From Lama guanicoe (lineage: Eukaryota), in assembly GCA_013239625.1 (NCBI GenBank), contig MU053934.1, positions 9,073,352 to 9,137,351 on the forward strand: a stretch of 64,000 bases of DNA. The letters are read 5' to 3'. The first letter of the stretch is position 1, and each line of letters begins with the position of its first letter. This document shows, one piece after another, positions 61,130-64,000 of this stretch. Made by a program: the position numbers and the translations under genes. The notes below the pieces were generated by a model. The model saw only the letters and a program-made list of their open reading frames with translations, did no database searches and had not been told where the DNA came from.

Positions 61130-62230
61130 CTTAACCTCGTACATGTTTTATTCCGGGGGTAGGAGCAGACAAGAAGCAAGTATAGTATCTACACGGTCAG
61201 GTGGTGCTGAGTGCTGTGCAGGGGGCAGGAGAGGAGGGCGGGGAAGGCGGGGTTGGGGACAAGGAGCAACTATACACCTGGTGGTCGGAGACTTTTGTCT
61301 GAGGCCTGAGGAGCTGAGGAAATGAACCATGTGGAGATCTGGGGAAAAGCTCCTGGCAGGGGCAACAGCACGTGCAAAGTCCCTGAGGCAGAGGCGAGCC
61401 TAGCATGTGATCACAGGGTGGAGGCCACCGTGGCGGAGCAGGGGCAGGAGGTGGAGGCTGGTGAGACATGGTCTCGAGGCCGTCGTAACAGCTCTGGTTT
61501 TTCTGCTGAGCGAGGTGGGAGCCATGTGAGGGTTTTGGGACAAGGAGTGTGATAATCCAAAGTTTTCAAGGCTCCGTCTGGGTCCCAGGTGAGGCTGGGT
61601 GCAGGGAGGCACTGGGGCTCTCCCAGCGATCTGGGCTGGAGATGACAGTGACCGTGTGGCCCCAGCAAGAGGGGCAAGCAATAGACAGATTCCGGATATG
61701 GCCTGAAGGTAGCGCCAGGTTTTGCTGACGAGGTAGATGTGGAAGTCAGGATGACCTCATGGATTTTGACCTAAAGAACAAGAAGACTGGGGTTGTCATC
61801 AGGTGAGACAGAGGAGCCGTGACATGGCAGCTTTGCGGAGATCAGAAGTTCGCTTTGACTTTAAGATTGAGGGGCTCACTGGGAGGAGAGTAAATGAGTG
61901 TGGGAGGCGTTAGCGTGTGAATCAGACTTGGAGCCAGAGACTGACTAGGTCCCCAAGGGCATGTGTGGAGACAGAGGACGCTGGAGACTGGGGGCCACGG
62001 CCTCCTGTGCTCAGAGGTAGGAGAGATGCGAGGAGGCCACCTTGGAGGAGGAGGCCTTTCCAGGAGGAGGGGCCATGAGCCTTGTCACCGCTGCTGGGAG
62101 CCTAGTCAGATGAGGACCAAATATTCACCATCGGATTCAGTAGCGCCCAGGCCGTCCCAGTGGAGCGGGATGGAGGGAAGGCACACCAGACGGCACGCTG
62201 GAGGCGGTGCTGGGAGCTCCTTCTGAAAGA
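61130..62230 (-). mobile_element. L2-like remnant (similar remnants at ~2700-3420 and ~43830-45160)
   Basis: Degenerate L2-type motifs such as gcaacagcacgtgcaaagtccctgaggcag and gggagccatgtgagggttttgggacaaggagtgtgata; ends approximate. Confidence 0.6.
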
Positions 62231-64000
62231 TGTGCCGTGAGTGGGAACAGAGAAACACTCAGGCCCATGGGACGGGTGCCGTGGTCACGGCACTGCGAGT
62301 TTTTGCTTACTTTCCCACCGATTGTGAATTTCTAAAGGCAAGAGCCTACAGGGGGTTCATTTGTGCCATGCCTGCCGCACCCCCGTCACCCTGTTTGTCT
62401 TTCTTTCTCACACACACCACCCCCCACATACACACCCCCTAGGATGCAGCCCCACTTGGCACCCAGGAGACTGCAGGAACACAGTCACCTGCTCGCTTCC
62501 CGAGTCACCAAGGGGTTAACGTGCGCCCAGAGCAGTCTCTTGGCCTCTCCCAAGGTTCTCCTGGGGATCATCTGTGTCCAGAGTGATTTGTGACCCTCTT
62601 AGAGCTGCTGTTAGGCACCTTTTGAAAAGCCTTTGATATCACCGGTACATTCATAAATTCTTCTTTTTTTTTTGAGAAAATGAAGTGTTTTAGCCAAACA
62701 ACAGTAGAAGCACATTGTGCAAAATGAGGAAAAAAGAATCTGATGATGATATGAATCTTTCGACGGCCTCACCTGACAACCATAAATGAACAAAGGACCC
62801 AGACACTCACTATCAGCCACTGTCACGGCCAGCGCCCCCGGACGCCCCAGGGTCGGGTGTTCTGCTGGGAACGGTCAATCCATGCCTGAGGCCGAGAGCC
62901 CCACGTGTCGGGTCCCGATTGTCACAGTGGTCGTAAGCCCCCGGCCCTTGCCGTGTGCCAGGCACTCTTCCAGCAAGTGGTACAGACGCAGCATGTCACT
63001 TCCTCCTCATGCAGCCTGGTGGGTGACAGTCCCCGTTCTCCAGGTGAGGAGACTGAGGCACGGAGCGGGTTCCAGGCTCAGGGGGCACGGTGCAGGCGTG
63101 CACACAGCACGTGGGACTCGATGTGGCGTTCCTGCTGCCGTGCCCTTCCTGTGTGACCGTGGACAGGCCGGAGCCTTTCTCTTCCAGGTCTGACCCAGTC
63201 CTGAAATGTCTCTGCCTCTCTGGCAGCAGTGAACAGGGTACACAGAGTCGGTGCATAGTAAGTGTTCAGTCGCTGGCTGGTCAAACGATTCTCTTTCTGG
63301 GGATTCCGTGCTGGAAGGGCCTGTGCGGGGCCTCGGCCGGGGATAAAGGGAACTGAAGACTTGGGGCCTTCACGCTGCAGCCCCGCCCAGGAGGCCGTCT
63401 CTGTCCCAGGTTGGCTCATGCTTAGACTTCTTGGAAAGGAAAGAAGAAGTGATGGTTCTCACCCAAACTCGGCGTTTCCCCTCCTTCTGAGATCCAGCAG
63501 CGACCCCACGGCTCCAGGAAAGGGTCTTGGCTCCTCTGGGGCCACTCGGCCACTGCCTCCCCTGGTGGCCTCCAGCGCGTTCCCCGCCTCCTTGGTTCTC
63601 ACCCTCTCGGGAAAGCTGAGAACAGAAAGCCTCCTCGTGAACCCCTCCCTGAGGCCTGCTTCTCGCCAGGCCACCTTGTCCTTCAAAGTCCAGCTCCAGG
63701 CCAACTCCTTGGGGGAGCGTCCCGGGGGCCCTGCTGGGTCTGGGGGGAGCCTTTCCATTTAGTGCTACCAAAGCATCTTTGCTGACCTGTCCCGGCCTGT
63801 GCGCCTGTCACCTGTGTCTGCCTTCCCTGGGGGCCGGGAGCACCCGCTGTGGGCTCCCCAGCCTCCGCAGTCCGGGCTCCGTGCGCTCAGCTCAGCACTG
63901 GCGTGGGGTCCGGGGCGCCCAGGCTGCACTGCCCTGCGTGCCGGGCAGGCCTCCTAATCCCTTGGGGTCTAACTGCCTCTGGAGGACGTAGCGCAGCCTC

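Noticed and set aside
52608..64000. Final fibulin-1D exon (GVVRQVRP...SEYWF) or a downstream gene
   Set aside because: No matching coding sequence seen; the region reads as intron

Overview
Mammalian genomic DNA, most likely camelid (camel/alpaca/vicuna) judging by five tRNA-Ala-derived Vic-1-like SINEs and no Alu, Bov or PRE SINEs. The window lies inside the fibulin-1 gene (FBLN1, + strand). It holds coding exons 2-14 (three anaphylatoxin-like modules, then EGF/cbEGF modules), the complete fibulin-1C terminal exon with its AATAAA, and the first two of three fibulin-1D exons. Exon 1 and the last D exon were not found and presumably lie outside. All 16 exons have canonical AG/GT ends and splice in frame. 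The introns carry old L1, L2, MIR, MaLR/ERVL LTR, MER58 and Tigger remnants plus microsatellites. The best second-look items are: (1) a triplicated exon-11 end giving three competing donors, one in frame; (2) a near-perfect 18 x 61 bp dimeric minisatellite made of splice-acceptor-like motifs, stop-free in all three sense frames, just upstream of exon C; (3) apparent camelid homologues of two human-type alternative exons, the 1B tail and a cassette before exon 2; (4) homeobox/FOX/TCF motif clusters in the last D intron. No prokaryotic-type or wholly new system is supported. Human comparisons are recalled from memory and need alignment.
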